A DNA stretch of 64,000 nt from Roseomonas sp. Lineage in GTDB: Bacteria > Pseudomonadota > Alphaproteobacteria > Acetobacterales > Acetobacteraceae. This document shows, one piece after another, positions 29,451 to 40,141 of the stretch (its first letter is position 1; every line of letters starts with the position of its first letter). The notes below the pieces were generated by a model. That model did not search any database and had not been told where the DNA came from. It saw only the letters and a program-made list of their open reading frames with translations. The translations under genes were made by a program, and so were the position numbers. The stretch is from positions 20,522-84,521 of the forward strand of contig JADCFQ010000020.1 in NCBI GenBank assembly GCA_020249435.1, written 5' to 3'.

Positions 29451-30196
29451 TGATGAAAGAAGCGCAGATCATTTCGCATCGCGGCGGTGCTTATCTTTGG
29501 CCAGAGAATAGCCTGCTCGCCTTCCGCCAAAGCCTGAACTTGCCGGTGGAAGTTCTGGAATGCGATGTGCACCCCTCCGCCGATGGCGTGCCCATGGTGC
29601 ATCATGATGCGACCCTGGAACGCATGACGGACTTGGCCGGGCCATTGGTGGCACGCAGCGCCGCTGAACTTGGCAAGGCGCGGTTTCGCGGCGCGCCGGG
29701 GGAAGGCATCCCGACACTCGCCGCGCTGGCGCGGCTTGTGGCGCCCAGCGACAAATTGCTGCGCGTGGAAGTGAAGGGCGACCGCGATCACAAGCCCTAT
29801 CCGGATTTTCTGCCGTGCGTGCTTGGTGTGCTGGAAGCGGAGGGCATGCTGACACGGACCATCATCATCGCCTTTCATGGCGGCACGGCAGCGGCTGCAG
29901 CGCAGGAAAAGCGGCTGGCGGGCGCGATTTGGCTGGTGAATAGCGCCATTCTGGCAAGCCTTGGGCCGGATGCCTGCATGGCGGCAGCGCGCGCGCTTGG
30001 CGTGACGGGATGCGAATGTTCCATGGGTGATGTCACACCCGCCTTCATTGCGGCGGCGCGCAAGGCGGGCCTCACCACCGGTGTCTGGGCGGCCAATCAT
30101 CGTGCCGAGATTGAGAAAGCGCTTGACCTTGGCATGGATGCCTTCGCCACCGATGATCCGCCGCTCGCGATTGAACTCAGAAAGGCGCGCGGCTGA
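29447..30196 (+). CDS. Glycerophosphodiester phosphodiesterase family protein
   Basis: ISHRGG, PENSL.AF, LECDV, HHDATLERMT, VEVK, ATDDP. Confidence 0.88.
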   Translation: MMMKEAQIISHRGGAYLWPENSLLAFRQSLNLPVEVLECDVHPSADGVPMVHHDATLERMTDLAGPLVARSAAELGKARFRGAPGEGIPTLAALARLVAPSDKLLRVEVKGDRDHKPYPDFLPCVLGVLEAEGMLTRTIIIAFHGGTAAAAAQEKRLAGAIWLVNSAILASLGPDACMAAARALGVTGCECSMGDVTPAFIAAARKAGLTTGVWAANHRAEIEKALDLGMDAFATDDPPLAIELRKARG

Positions 30197-31347
30197 TGCG
30201 CATTGCTGCGCTTGATTTTCTTGGGGTGAATGTCACGCCCAAGACCAATTGGTGTTTTGTTTTGCTGCGGCTGGAAGATGGCCGGTCTGGCATTGGCGAA
30301 ATCACGCTTTCGGATCACGAGGCGCTGCTGGCAGCGGAAGTCGCGCGGCTTTCGGCAGCGCTGAAGGGGCAGGATGCCAGTGCGCGCAATCGGCTCGCGC
30401 GGTTATTGCCACATGCGCCGGCGGGCCTTGTTGCACATACGGTGATCTCCGGTCTCGAACAGGCGCTGTGGGATGTGGCGGGGCAGGAAGCGGGCCATCC
30501 CATCCATGCCATGTTGGGTGGCGCCTTGCGCGAGAATGTGCCGCTTTACGCCAATATCAATCGCGGCGCATCGCCGCGCACGCCCGCCGGTTTTGCTGAT
30601 GCCGCAAAGCGCGCGGTGGCGGCCGGTTTTCGCGCGGTGAAACTGGCACCTTTTGAACCCATGGTCTGGGAAGATGCGGCGGAGCCATCACAACGCGCGG
30701 CCTATGCCGAAGGTCTTGCGCGCATCGCCGCAGTGCGGGATGCGGTAGGTGGCACTATTGATGTCATGGTGGACGCGCATTGGCGCTTTTCGCCCGGTGG
30801 CGCGGCGGCGCTGATCCGTGATGTCGCGCCCTTCAACCTGTTCTGGCTGGAATGCCCGGTCGCTGAGGCCAATCACCCGGCCATTACCAGGCTGCGCGGC
30901 ATGGCGAATGATCGCGGCATGCGCTTGGCTGGCGCTGAAACCCTTGCCGGGCTTGGCGCCTATCGTCGCATCATCGAAGCCGGCTGCTATGACGTGCTGA
31001 TGCCTGATATCAAATATGCCGGCGGGCATGAGGAAATTCACCGCATCGCTGCCCTTGCCCATACGGCGGGGATTGAGATTGCGCCGCATAACCCAACAGG
31101 CCCGATCTGCCACGCGCATTCCGTGCATCTGTGCGCGACTTTGCCCAATCTTTTGCCGCTGGAAGTGCAATTCGGCGAAACGGAGCGTTTCTTCACCATG
31201 ATCACTGGCCATGATTTGCGCTTTCAACAGGGCAACGCTGGCCTTTCGCAAACACCAGGCCTTGGCGTGCAGCTTGATGAGGCTGGCGCGCGGCTTTCCC
31301 CCTGGCAGCCCATGGCGCAGCCCTGGCTGGACCCGAGGCTCGGCTGA
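30196..31347 (+). CDS. Mandelate racemase/enolase-superfamily acid-sugar dehydratase (DgoD-like)
   Basis: EQALWD, metal ligands VDAH/WLECP/GAETL, MPDI, APHNP.GP. Confidence 0.85.
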   Translation: MRIAALDFLGVNVTPKTNWCFVLLRLEDGRSGIGEITLSDHEALLAAEVARLSAALKGQDASARNRLARLLPHAPAGLVAHTVISGLEQALWDVAGQEAGHPIHAMLGGALRENVPLYANINRGASPRTPAGFADAAKRAVAAGFRAVKLAPFEPMVWEDAAEPSQRAAYAEGLARIAAVRDAVGGTIDVMVDAHWRFSPGGAAALIRDVAPFNLFWLECPVAEANHPAITRLRGMANDRGMRLAGAETLAGLGAYRRIIEAGCYDVLMPDIKYAGGHEEIHRIAALAHTAGIEIAPHNPTGPICHAHSVHLCATLPNLLPLEVQFGETERFFTMITGHDLRFQQGNAGLSQTPGLGVQLDEAGARLSPWQPMAQPWLDPRLG

Positions 31348-32252
31348 TGCCGCTTTGGGTTGCCGCCACTGTCACCGCTGCGCTGTTTCAAACATGGCGC
31401 ACTGCCTTGCAGCAAAGGCTGCGCGGGCAGCTTTCCGTCAATGCCGCTGCTGTGGTGCGCTATCTCTATGGTGTGCCCGTCGGCATGGCGCTGGTCGGGC
31501 TCTATCTGCTGATTTTCGGTGGCGCGCTATCCGCGCCGGCACCGATGTTTTTCCTCTACGCTGCCCTCGGCGGGCTTGGGCAGATCATCGGTACCAATCT
31601 GCTCATTATGTCCTTCGCGCATCGCGGTTTTGCCGTCGGCACCGCTTACGCCAAGACGGAGGCAGTGCAGGCGGCCTTTCTGGCGCTTTTGCTGCTGGGT
31701 GAGAATTTCGCGCCGCTCGCCTGGGCGGGCATTGCGGTTTCGGTGGCGGGGACGCTTTATCTCTCGCTCGCCGGGCGTGTTGGATCAGTCGGGGAAATGC
31801 TGCGCGCGACAGTGCAGCCCGCAGCGCTTTGCGGCCTTGGTGCCGGCTTTGCCTTCGCGCTTTGCGCGCTCGCGATCCGCGCGGCGACGCAGGAATTGCA
31901 GGGGCCGGATGTGGTGCTGCGCGCGCTTGAAACCCTGGTGGTCATCAATGTCATGCAGACCATCATGCAGGGTGGCTGGCTGGTGCTGCGCGAACGTGAA
32001 AGTGTGCGCGCGGTTTTCTCCACCTGGCGTTCATCCGCGCAGGTGGGCGCGCTTTCGGCCTGCGGTTCCGCCTGTTGGTTCACGGGCTTCGCACTTGCAC
32101 CCGTGGCACTAGTCCGCGCGGTAGGTCAGGTCGAGATCCTGTTCACGCTGCTCTTCAGCAAGTTCTTTTTGAAGGAAAAGATGAAGCGCAGCGATATCAT
32201 CGGTGCGCTTGCGGTGGTGGCGGGCGTGGTGCTGGTACTGATCGGGCGCTGA
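31347..32252 (+). CDS. DMT/EamA family transporter
   Basis: About 10 hydrophobic helices in two repeats; coupled to the upstream gene. Confidence 0.8.
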   Translation: MPLWVAATVTAALFQTWRTALQQRLRGQLSVNAAAVVRYLYGVPVGMALVGLYLLIFGGALSAPAPMFFLYAALGGLGQIIGTNLLIMSFAHRGFAVGTAYAKTEAVQAAFLALLLLGENFAPLAWAGIAVSVAGTLYLSLAGRVGSVGEMLRATVQPAALCGLGAGFAFALCALAIRAATQELQGPDVVLRALETLVVINVMQTIMQGGWLVLRERESVRAVFSTWRSSAQVGALSACGSACWFTGFALAPVALVRAVGQVEILFTLLFSKFFLKEKMKRSDIIGALAVVAGVVLVLIGR

Positions 32253-33272
32253 TTACGCCGTGAACATTGCCCGGATCGCCGCCTGATCCACCGCAGCGAT
32301 GCTGGCCGGCTGCCATTGCGGCTTGTGGTCCTTATCCACCAGCACGGCGCGTACGCCTTCGCGAAAATCCGGGTGGTCATTCACGACTACGCGCGTCAGC
32401 GCCAATTCCATCGCAAGACACCCGGCCAGATCACGCTTGGCGCCTCGGCTGAGCAATTCATGCGTCACAAACAGCGATGTGGGGGAGGCGTGATGCAAAA
32501 TGCCAAGCTGTTCACGCGCCCAATCCGTGCCTTCCGCTTGCAATGCCGCGATGATGGCAGGGATGGACCCCGCGCCGAAGCAGCGATCAATCGCCGCGCG
32601 ATGAGGCGCGAAGCTTGCCTCTGGCGCCGCTTCGCAAAACCGCGCCACCGCGCCGATATCGCCCGCAACCAGTGCAGCGCGCAAAGCTGGCAGCGCTTCC
32701 CGCGTCGTGAAATGCGTGGCCAACCCAGCATGCACCGCATCGGCGCCATTCAACCGCGCACCGGTCAGCGCGAGCCACATGCCAAGCGCGCCTGGCAGGC
32801 GCGGCAGCACGAAGGATGTGCCAACATCCGGAAATAGCGCAATCGCGGTTTCCGGCATGGCGAACATTGCGTGGTTGGTGACGATGCGATGGCTGCCATG
32901 CACCGAAACGCCAATGCCGCCACCCATGCAAACGCCATCAATCAGGCTGACCCATGGCTTGCCGAAATCAGCGATGCCGGCATTCACGGCATATTCTTCC
33001 GAGAAAAACGCCTCTACCGCCGCGCGATCACCCGCAACCGCGGCCGCGCGCACAGCACGCACATCACCACCGGCGCAAAAGGCGCGCCCACCTGCACCTT
33101 CCAGCAGCACAAGCTTCACTGCCGGATCATGGCGCCAATCACGAATGGCGGCAGCGAAGCCACGGATCATATCCTGATTGAGCGCATTCAGCGCCTTGGG
33201 GCGGTTCATCAGAATGGTGCCCGCCGCGCCTTCACGCGAGGCAATCAGGCTGGCTTCGGTGGCTTCGGTCAT
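32253..33272 (-). CDS. 3-hydroxyisobutyryl-CoA hydrolase-like crotonase
   Basis: NRPKALNALN, AFCAGGD, MGGGIG, MPETAIALFPDVG, DFREGVRA.LVDKD..P.W. Confidence 0.88.
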   Translation of the reverse strand: MTEATEASLIASREGAAGTILMNRPKALNALNQDMIRGFAAAIRDWRHDPAVKLVLLEGAGGRAFCAGGDVRAVRAAAVAGDRAAVEAFFSEEYAVNAGIADFGKPWVSLIDGVCMGGGIGVSVHGSHRIVTNHAMFAMPETAIALFPDVGTSFVLPRLPGALGMWLALTGARLNGADAVHAGLATHFTTREALPALRAALVAGDIGAVARFCEAAPEASFAPHRAAIDRCFGAGSIPAIIAALQAEGTDWAREQLGILHHASPTSLFVTHELLSRGAKRDLAGCLAMELALTRVVVNDHPDFREGVRAVLVDKDHKPQWQPASIAAVDQAAIRAMFTA

Positions 33273-33357
33273 GGAAAAATCCCTCGCGGCGATGAGAAAA
33301 AACTTTTGAGGCTTATTCATCGTGATGGTAGCCTGAGCGAAACCTTGAGGAAAAGCC

Positions 33358-34338
33358 ATGCCAGGAATTTTTCGACGCTCATTATTGGTGGGGGCTTCAA
33401 GCGCGGCCTTTGCCAATGGCCGCGGTCATGCCCAAACGCCGACCTGGCCAACCAAATCTATCCGCCTGGTCGTTCCCTTTACACCAGCAGGCGCGACGGA
33501 TTTGCTGGCGCGCATCCTTGCGGATACGGCGGCGCGTGCGCTTGGTCAGCCGATCATTGTCGAAAATCGTCCCGGAGCAGGCGGCAATATTGGCACCGCC
33601 ATGGTCGCTACCGCGCCTGCCGATGGCTATACGGTCTTGATTGTTGATCCTGGTGCTGTGGCCATCAGCCCCTCTGTTCCGCCTGGCGTTCCCTATGATC
33701 CTTTGCGGGATTTTGAGGCGGTGACGCAGTTGGTGAATTCGGCAACGGCCTTTGTGGCGAGGGCCAATTTGCCGGCGAGAGACCTTAGATCAGTCATTGA
33801 ACTTGCGCGTGCGGCGCCACAGAAACTCAGCTGCGGAACTGTGGGTCAGAATAGCACGACGCACCTCGCCATGATGCTTTTTGAGAAACTTGCAGGCGTA
33901 TCGCTGCTGCATGTTCCCTATACCGGTGCCAGTCCCGCGATGACCGATCTCCTGGGTGGAAGGATTGATCTTGCTTTCGTGGGCGGGGCCGGCGCTGCGG
34001 GACATATTCGTGAAGGTAGGCTGCTTGGCCTTGCTGTCACCACCGCCAATCCTGCGCCTGGATTGCCCGATGTGCCACCTATGGCAACTGTTCTACCCGA
34101 ATATGATGCGGCAGGCTGGTTTTGCCTGCTCGTACCGCGTGGAACGCCAGCCTTTGCGATCCAAAAACTGCATCAGGCCTTTGCCGGCGCCCTGCGTACG
34201 GAGGAGGTACAAAAGGCGCTCGCACAAAGCGCCTTCGAAGCCGTTGGTTCCTCGCCCGAGGAATTCGCTGCAAGACTGCGTCGCGATATTGCGCGCTATG
34301 CCGAGCTATTGCGCACGGCAGGCGCGCAGACGCGCTGA
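33358..34338 (+). CDS. Tripartite tricarboxylate transporter substrate-binding protein (Bug/TctC)
   Basis: Tat-like leader, WPTKSIRLVVPF.PAG.TD, ENRPGAGG.IG, HVPY.G. Confidence 0.9.
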   Translation: MPGIFRRSLLVGASSAAFANGRGHAQTPTWPTKSIRLVVPFTPAGATDLLARILADTAARALGQPIIVENRPGAGGNIGTAMVATAPADGYTVLIVDPGAVAISPSVPPGVPYDPLRDFEAVTQLVNSATAFVARANLPARDLRSVIELARAAPQKLSCGTVGQNSTTHLAMMLFEKLAGVSLLHVPYTGASPAMTDLLGGRIDLAFVGGAGAAGHIREGRLLGLAVTTANPAPGLPDVPPMATVLPEYDAAGWFCLLVPRGTPAFAIQKLHQAFAGALRTEEVQKALAQSAFEAVGSSPEEFAARLRRDIARYAELLRTAGAQTR

Positions 34339-34347
34339 CTCGAAGCC

Positions 34348-35325
34348 TTACTCCGGCTTCAATTGCACACTCGCCACAAGGTCACGGATTTTCGCAGCCT
34401 GGGCACGCACCATGGCGCCGAAGCTTTCGGAATCAGACCCCACGGCTTCCGCGCCCACTTCGTCGCAGCGCTTGATGAATTCCGGCTGCGCTGCGGCGGC
34501 AGCGATTTCGCGTTGCAGCCGCGCCATGATCGGCGCAGGCGTGCGCGCCGGGGCGAAGAAGCCGTTCCAGCCTTCCAATTCCAATGAGGCAAAACCCTGT
34601 TCGCGCACGGTCGGCACATCGGGCAGCACCTTGGCGCGCTTGGATGCGGTGGTGGCCAGCCCCTTCAGCGCACCGGCGCGCACATGGCCGAAGCAGGTGG
34701 AGATTTGATCGCCGCCGAATTGCACGCGCCCTGCGATCAATTCCTGAATCATCGGCGCCGCGCCACGGAAGGGCACGTGTTCCATCGCGATGCCGGCATC
34801 GCGCTTCAGCACTTCACCCACCATATTCATGAAAGACCCCGGCCCGGTGGAGCCATAGAAGGGCGGCGATGATTGCGCCTTCGCCCAACCGATAAAGCCC
34901 TGCAAATCGGTGACCGGCACGCCAGGATTGGCCAGGATGACCAGCGGCACGTTGGCGCCAAGCGACAGCGGCGCGAAATCTCGTTCAATGTCATGCGGCG
35001 GGCGTCCCGCGAGCGTCATCGCCGCCGTCGTCGTCGGGAAGGTGATGTTATGCATCAGCAGCGTATAGCCATCCGGTGCTGCCTTCGCGACAACATCAGC
35101 GCCAATCGAACCGCCACCGCCGCCGCGATTTTCCACCACAACGGATTGACCCATTGTTTCGGTCATGCGCTGCGCGAAAAGCCGCGCGAGCAAATCCGTG
35201 GTCCCGCCGGCGGGGAAGGGCACAATGATGCGAATGGGCCGCGTTGGAAAATCCTGCGCACGCAGCGTCACCGGTGCCGCCAGCACAGCACCCGCAACCA
35301 AGACCTGACGACGATTGAACTTCAT
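34348..35325 (-). CDS. Tripartite tricarboxylate transporter substrate-binding protein (Bug/TctC)
   Basis: FPTRPIRIIVPFPAGGTTD, ENRGGGGG.IG, HVPFRG, LPDVPT; start MKFNRR at 35325. Confidence 0.9.
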   Translation of the reverse strand: MKFNRRQVLVAGAVLAAPVTLRAQDFPTRPIRIIVPFPAGGTTDLLARLFAQRMTETMGQSVVVENRGGGGGSIGADVVAKAAPDGYTLLMHNITFPTTTAAMTLAGRPPHDIERDFAPLSLGANVPLVILANPGVPVTDLQGFIGWAKAQSSPPFYGSTGPGSFMNMVGEVLKRDAGIAMEHVPFRGAAPMIQELIAGRVQFGGDQISTCFGHVRAGALKGLATTASKRAKVLPDVPTVREQGFASLELEGWNGFFAPARTPAPIMARLQREIAAAAAQPEFIKRCDEVGAEAVGSDSESFGAMVRAQAAKIRDLVASVQLKPE

Positions 35326-35383
35326 TCCCGGTTCCTTCCCTTGTTCAAGTTGCAGGAACCGTAACCCGAACCTACGCCCGGCC

Positions 35384-36796
35384 TCAATGCCCCGCATTGG
35401 CGCCGGAGAAATCCGGCACCGCCAGGCCACTCGCCGTGATCTGATGCGCCAGATCGGCCTGCAGCCGTTCAAGCCCGGCCTCACTGGAGGCTTCCACACG
35501 GGCGACCAGCACGGCCTGGGTATTGGAAGCACGCAGCAGCCACCAGCCATCATCGGTCAGCACGCGCACGCCATCCACATCCTGCACCTTGGCACCGGCG
35601 GCGGCGAGGCGTTCCTTCACTTCGCGCACCACTTCAAACTTGCGCGCTTCCGTGCAGTCAAACCGAAGTTCCGGCGTATTGATCACTTGCGGTAGCGCTT
35701 CACGCAGCGCGGAAAGCGGGCCGGCCAGACGAGCGACAATGCCAAGCAGCCGCACGGCAGAATACGGCGCATCATCAAAGCCGTACCATTTATCGGCAAA
35801 GAAAATGTGGCCCGACATTTCCCCCGCCAGCGGGCTACCCGTCTCCGCCATTTTCGCCTTGATCAGCGAATGGCCGGTCTTCCACATCAAGGGCTGCCCG
35901 CCTGCCTTGGCGATTTCATCGAACAGCACTTGCGATGCCTTCACATCGGCGATGATCGTCGCACCTGGCTTCGCCTTCAGCACATCGCGTGCGAGTACGA
36001 TCATCAATTGGTCGCCAAACAGCACATGGCCTTCATTATCAACAATGCCGATACGGTCCCCATCGCCATCAAAGGCAATGCCAAGATCAGCGCCTTCGCG
36101 CGCCACGGCGGCAATCAATTGCTCAAGATTTTTCGGCACGGTTGGGTCTGGGTGATGGTTCGGGAAGCGCCCATCCACCTCGGCATTGATCACCATGTGA
36201 TGCCCCGGCAGTCGCGCTGCCAAAGCCTTCACAATCGGCCCGGCCGAGCCATTGCCCGGATCCCACACCACTTTCAACGCGCGGTCCCCGCCATCCCAAT
36301 CCTGCAGCACCCGATCTGCATAGCGCGTTGCGATATCAACAGCGCGGTCACTGCCGGCGGCTTCCGGCACCACATCACCTTCCGCGGCCATGCGGCCAAT
36401 TTGCTGGATCTGCGTGCCGTAGAAGGGCTTCTTGCCGATCATCATCTTGAAGCCGTTATAGTCCGGCGGATTATGGCTGCCGGTCACCATGGCCGCACCA
36501 TCGGCTTCCAGCGCATAGGCCGCGTAATAGAGCATCGGCGTCGCGCAAAGCCCAATCCGCACCACTTCCAAGCCGCAGGCGCGCAAGCCCGCCACAAGCT
36601 GCGCTTCCATCTCGGGCGAATGCAGCCGGCCATCATAACCAACGGCCACGCGCGTGCCGCCGCCTCGGCTGACAATGCTGCCAAAGCAGCGGCCAATGGC
36701 ATAGGCATCTTCCGGGTTCAAAGTTTTGCCGACAATGCCGCGAATATCATATTCGCGCAGCACGGTGGGGTCGAAGCGATGATTGAATCCGGTCAT
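35384..36796 (-). CDS. Phosphomannomutase/phosphoglucomutase (AlgC-like)
   Basis: REYDIRG, phosphoserine loop TGSHNP, metal loop FDGDGDR, GEMSGH, RASNTQ. Confidence 0.93.
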   Translation of the reverse strand: MTGFNHRFDPTVLREYDIRGIVGKTLNPEDAYAIGRCFGSIVSRGGGTRVAVGYDGRLHSPEMEAQLVAGLRACGLEVVRIGLCATPMLYYAAYALEADGAAMVTGSHNPPDYNGFKMMIGKKPFYGTQIQQIGRMAAEGDVVPEAAGSDRAVDIATRYADRVLQDWDGGDRALKVVWDPGNGSAGPIVKALAARLPGHHMVINAEVDGRFPNHHPDPTVPKNLEQLIAAVAREGADLGIAFDGDGDRIGIVDNEGHVLFGDQLMIVLARDVLKAKPGATIIADVKASQVLFDEIAKAGGQPLMWKTGHSLIKAKMAETGSPLAGEMSGHIFFADKWYGFDDAPYSAVRLLGIVARLAGPLSALREALPQVINTPELRFDCTEARKFEVVREVKERLAAAGAKVQDVDGVRVLTDDGWWLLRASNTQAVLVARVEASSEAGLERLQADLAHQITASGLAVPDFSGANAGH

Positions 36797-36808
36797 GGTC
36801 AGGGCTCT

Positions 36809-38113
36809 CTAGGGGCGGCCAATGGATGAATAGGTAAATCCAGCAGCGCGCATCGCCACCGGGTCCCAGATATTGCGAAGGTCGAGCACAATACTGCCCT
36901 TCATGGCGGATTTCAGGCGATCCGGCGCCAGCGCCCGAAATTCATTCCATTCCGTCAGCACCACCAGTGCATCCGCCCCTTCTGCTGCACCCAAAGGGCT
37001 ATCGGCATAATGCACCGCCTGGGGCAGCACCTGGCGCGCATGGCCGGGCTGCGGATCAAAAGCCCGCAGCACCACCCCCGCGGCCGCCAGCTTGGGCAGG
37101 ATCACGAGTGATGGCGCATCGCGCATGTCATCCGTTTCCGGCTTGAAGGTGAGGCCGAGCACCGCAACGGTCTTGCCCGCTGGGTTTGGCCCAAGCGCAG
37201 CCAGGATGCGATCCGCCATTTGCGCCTTGCGCGCCTCATTCACCGCAATGGTCGCTTCCACGAGCTTGAGCGGCGCGCCCGCATCCTGCGCGGTATGGGC
37301 CAATGCCAGCGTATCCTTGGGGAAGCAGGAACCACCATAACCGGGACCGGGATGGAGGAATTTCCGCCCGATCCGGCCATCAAGGCCCATGCCGCGCGCC
37401 ACATCATGCACATCGGCGCCCACCTTTTCGCAAAGATCGGCGATTTCATTGATGAAGGTGATCTTGGTCGCAAGGAAGGCATTGGCGGCGTATTTGATGA
37501 GCTCTGCGGTTTCCAGGCTGGTGGCCAATACCGGCGTTTCAATCAGATAGAGCGGGCGATAAAGCCGCCTCAGCACCGCCAAGCCCTGTTCATCCTCGGT
37601 GCCGATCACCACGCGATCCGGGCGCATGAAATCGCCAATCGCGCTGCCTTCGCGCAAAAATTCAGGGTTGGACGCAACGCTGATGGCCAGATCAGGCCGC
37701 ACGCGCCTCACAATCGCGCGCACTTCCCGCCCGGTGCCAACCGGCACGGTGGATTTCGTCACCAGCACCAGGGGGCCGGTTGCGGCGCGCGCCACTTCCT
37801 CAGCGGCGGCATAGACATAGGAAAGATCGGCATGGCCATCGCCGCGCCTGGTTGGCGTGCCAACCGCGAGGAAAACCGCCTCAGCCCCGGCAATGGCGGT
37901 TTTCAGATCGGTGGTGAAGCCAAGCCGCCCGGCGGCGACATTTTCTGCAACCAGCTTATCGAGGCCTGGTTCATAGATCGGCATGCGCCCTTCATGCAGC
38001 GCGGTGATCTTGGCGGGGTCCAGGTCCATCACCGTGACATCCACGCCGAATTCCGCGAAGCAGGCGCCGGAAACCAGGCCGACATAGCCGGCGCCGATCA
38101 TGGCGATGCGCAT
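36809..38113 (-). CDS. ugd: UDP-glucose 6-dehydrogenase
   Basis: IGAGYVGL, VGTP, KSTVPVG, NPEFLREG, GYGGSCFPKD. Confidence 0.93.
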   Translation of the reverse strand: MRIAMIGAGYVGLVSGACFAEFGVDVTVMDLDPAKITALHEGRMPIYEPGLDKLVAENVAAGRLGFTTDLKTAIAGAEAVFLAVGTPTRRGDGHADLSYVYAAAEEVARAATGPLVLVTKSTVPVGTGREVRAIVRRVRPDLAISVASNPEFLREGSAIGDFMRPDRVVIGTEDEQGLAVLRRLYRPLYLIETPVLATSLETAELIKYAANAFLATKITFINEIADLCEKVGADVHDVARGMGLDGRIGRKFLHPGPGYGGSCFPKDTLALAHTAQDAGAPLKLVEATIAVNEARKAQMADRILAALGPNPAGKTVAVLGLTFKPETDDMRDAPSLVILPKLAAAGVVLRAFDPQPGHARQVLPQAVHYADSPLGAAEGADALVVLTEWNEFRALAPDRLKSAMKGSIVLDLRNIWDPVAMRAAGFTYSSIGRP

Positions 38114-38176
38114 GGTGCTCTCCTTAAAGCTGAAGCGCGCCTGCAATGGCGCGGCAGGCCATGGCTGGCAAGGGGT

Positions 38177-40141
38177 TCAAGCGGATTCTGGCCCTTCGCC
38201 GCCATGGGGCAGCAGGGGGCGCAGGCTTTCCAGATCGCGTTCCGCCCGGCAGACCAGATAGCGCGGCGCAGCGCCATCCGGCTCCAGCGGCAGCGCGGTC
38301 AGGCCGATATCGCTGTAAATACGCAATAATTCCGGGCCGACGCGCCAAAAGGCCGGGTCAACCTGGGCCGCTTCGCAAAGATCCCGGAAGCGCCAAATGG
38401 CGGAAACCCTGTCCCGCGCTTCCCCCATCGGGTCGCCCAAGGCCAGCCACACGCCATCGCGCTTCAGGAAGGCAAAACCCGCCCGGCCCGCTTCGCCAAA
38501 CACCGCCCCGTCAGCGGCGGAAAGCGCGGGGGCCATGGCGCCGAGTGCCAAAAGCTTCTCCCGCACCGGCTCCCCATAGGGCAGTATCGGTGGGCGGGCG
38601 GGCAGCAGCAGCCGAAACGCCGCGACCAGCAGCAGCACTGCCGCCAAGGCAACCGTGAAGCGGAGCGATTCCGGCGCCTCTGCCGCCAGCACCACCCCCC
38701 ACCAGGAACGGTCAGCAACTTCGCTCTGATAGGCAACGGTCGCGAGCGTCAGGCCGCAAATTGCCCCGGCGGCGAGGGCGCCCAGGCCCTCGGCGGACAC
38801 AGCTTCCCCGATCAGGCGCGCATGGCGGTAAAAGGCGCCGCGTGCGGTCATCAGCAGCAGCGGCACCAATAGAAAGGCCGCGATCAGCCAAAGCGGTTCC
38901 CCGCGCAGCACCAGAATCAGCGCGCCATTTGCCAGCAGAACCACTGAGGCCCACCAGGCCAGCACCAGCCGCCGCACCAGCCCATAAGCGGCCGCCAGGA
39001 GCAGCGACCCCACAACGGAAGCGGCAAAATGGCTGGCGGCTTCTTCCAGAAAATCCGGCACGGGGCCAAGCAGGCTTGGCTTGGGCGGCAGGGCGCCGAT
39101 GAAAATCAGCACCAGGGCGGCCAGCCCGGTCAGGCCCGCCAGCGCCGGCACTTCAAAGGAAACCGCAATCCCGCGATCAGGTGCCAGCCGCGCGACCAGC
39201 TTGCGGCGTTGGCTGACTTCAAACCCCGCGAATAGCGCGCCGGCCAGGAAAAGCGGGATGATGTAGTAAAACAGCCGAAACAGCAGCAGCGCGCCGACAA
39301 TGGCGGGCGTTGGCATATAGCCCGCCAGCGCAAACAGGATGGCGCCATCAAAAACGCCAATGCCGCCCGGCACATTGGCCGCCAGCCCCGCCATGTAAGC
39401 GGCGATGTAAATCCCCAGAAAATGCAGAAAGCCAAGCCCTTCCGCCGGCGGCAGCAGCGCGAAGAAAATCATGGCGGTCACGGCAACATCGGCGGTTGCT
39501 AGCGCCACCTGGGCCAGCGCAATGCGAAAGCCGGGCAGGTCAATCTCATGCCCGAAAAGCCGGAGATGCGGCACAAAGCGCGCCAGCACGACATAGGTGA
39601 TGACAATCGCCCAACACCCAATGCCGAGCAGCGGCAAAATCCAGCGCGGCGCGCCGGGCCCGAGGAAGGTCAGCAGCTCCGGTTCCAGCACCAGGACCAA
39701 CCCGGCAATGGCAAAACCGCCAAGCCCGAAAGTGAGCGAGGTAATGGCAATGACCTTGGCAATCGCAACCGGTGCCAGCCCCCAACTGGCATAGAAGCGA
39801 TAGCGCACCGCCGCGCCAGAAACCGTCGCCACGCCGATATTATTCGCGAGCGAATAGGCGCAGAAGGAAGCGAGCAAGGATCGCCGCCAGGAAACCGGAT
39901 GCCCAGCATAGATGGACCCCAACCGATCATAGGCCGACAGCAACAAATAGGCGCCAAGTGTGCAGCCCGCCGCCAACCAAAGTGCCGCAGGTGGTGTCGC
40001 ATGCAGCGCGGTTTGGATATCCCGCCAGGACAGGCCACGAAATTCGCGCTGCACCACGTAAAGCGCGCCCACCAGCAGGATCAGCCCGAAACAGGTCGGG
40101 CCGTAGCGTTTCAGCAGGGATATGATCCCCTGCCGTGTCAC
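38177..40141 (-). CDS. MprF/LpiA-like membrane protein (flippase domain plus shortened cytoplasmic domain)
   Basis: [31 protein letters not shown], then LALGDP.G and PAFWRV..IYSDIGL; terminates soon after. Confidence 0.8.
   Translation of the reverse strand: MTRQGIISLLKRYGPTCFGLILLVGALYVVQREFRGLSWRDIQTALHATPPAALWLAAGCTLGAYLLLSAYDRLGSIYAGHPVSWRRSLLASFCAYSLANNIGVATVSGAAVRYRFYASWGLAPVAIAKVIAITSLTFGLGGFAIAGLVLVLEPELLTFLGPGAPRWILPLLGIGCWAIVITYVVLARFVPHLRLFGHEIDLPGFRIALAQVALATADVAVTAMIFFALLPPAEGLGFLHFLGIYIAAYMAGLAANVPGGIGVFDGAILFALAGYMPTPAIVGALLLFRLFYYIIPLFLAGALFAGFEVSQRRKLVARLAPDRGIAVSFEVPALAGLTGLAALVLIFIGALPPKPSLLGPVPDFLEEAASHFAASVVGSLLLAAAYGLVRRLVLAWWASVVLLANGALILVLRGEPLWLIAAFLLVPLLLMTARGAFYRHARLIGEAVSAEGLGALAAGAICGLTLATVAYQSEVADRSWWGVVLAAEAPESLRFTVALAAVLLLVAAFRLLLPARPPILPYGEPVREKLLALGAMAPALSAADGAVFGEAGRAGFAFLKRDGVWLALGDPMGEARDRVSAIWRFRDLCEAAQVDPAFWRVGPELLRIYSDIGLTALPLEPDGAAPRYLVCRAERDLESLRPLLPHGGEGPESA

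Noticed and set aside
38114-38176. Frameshifted remainder of the MprF synthase domain
   Set aside because: Only 63 bp separate the stop from the ugd start, leaving no room for the missing portion.
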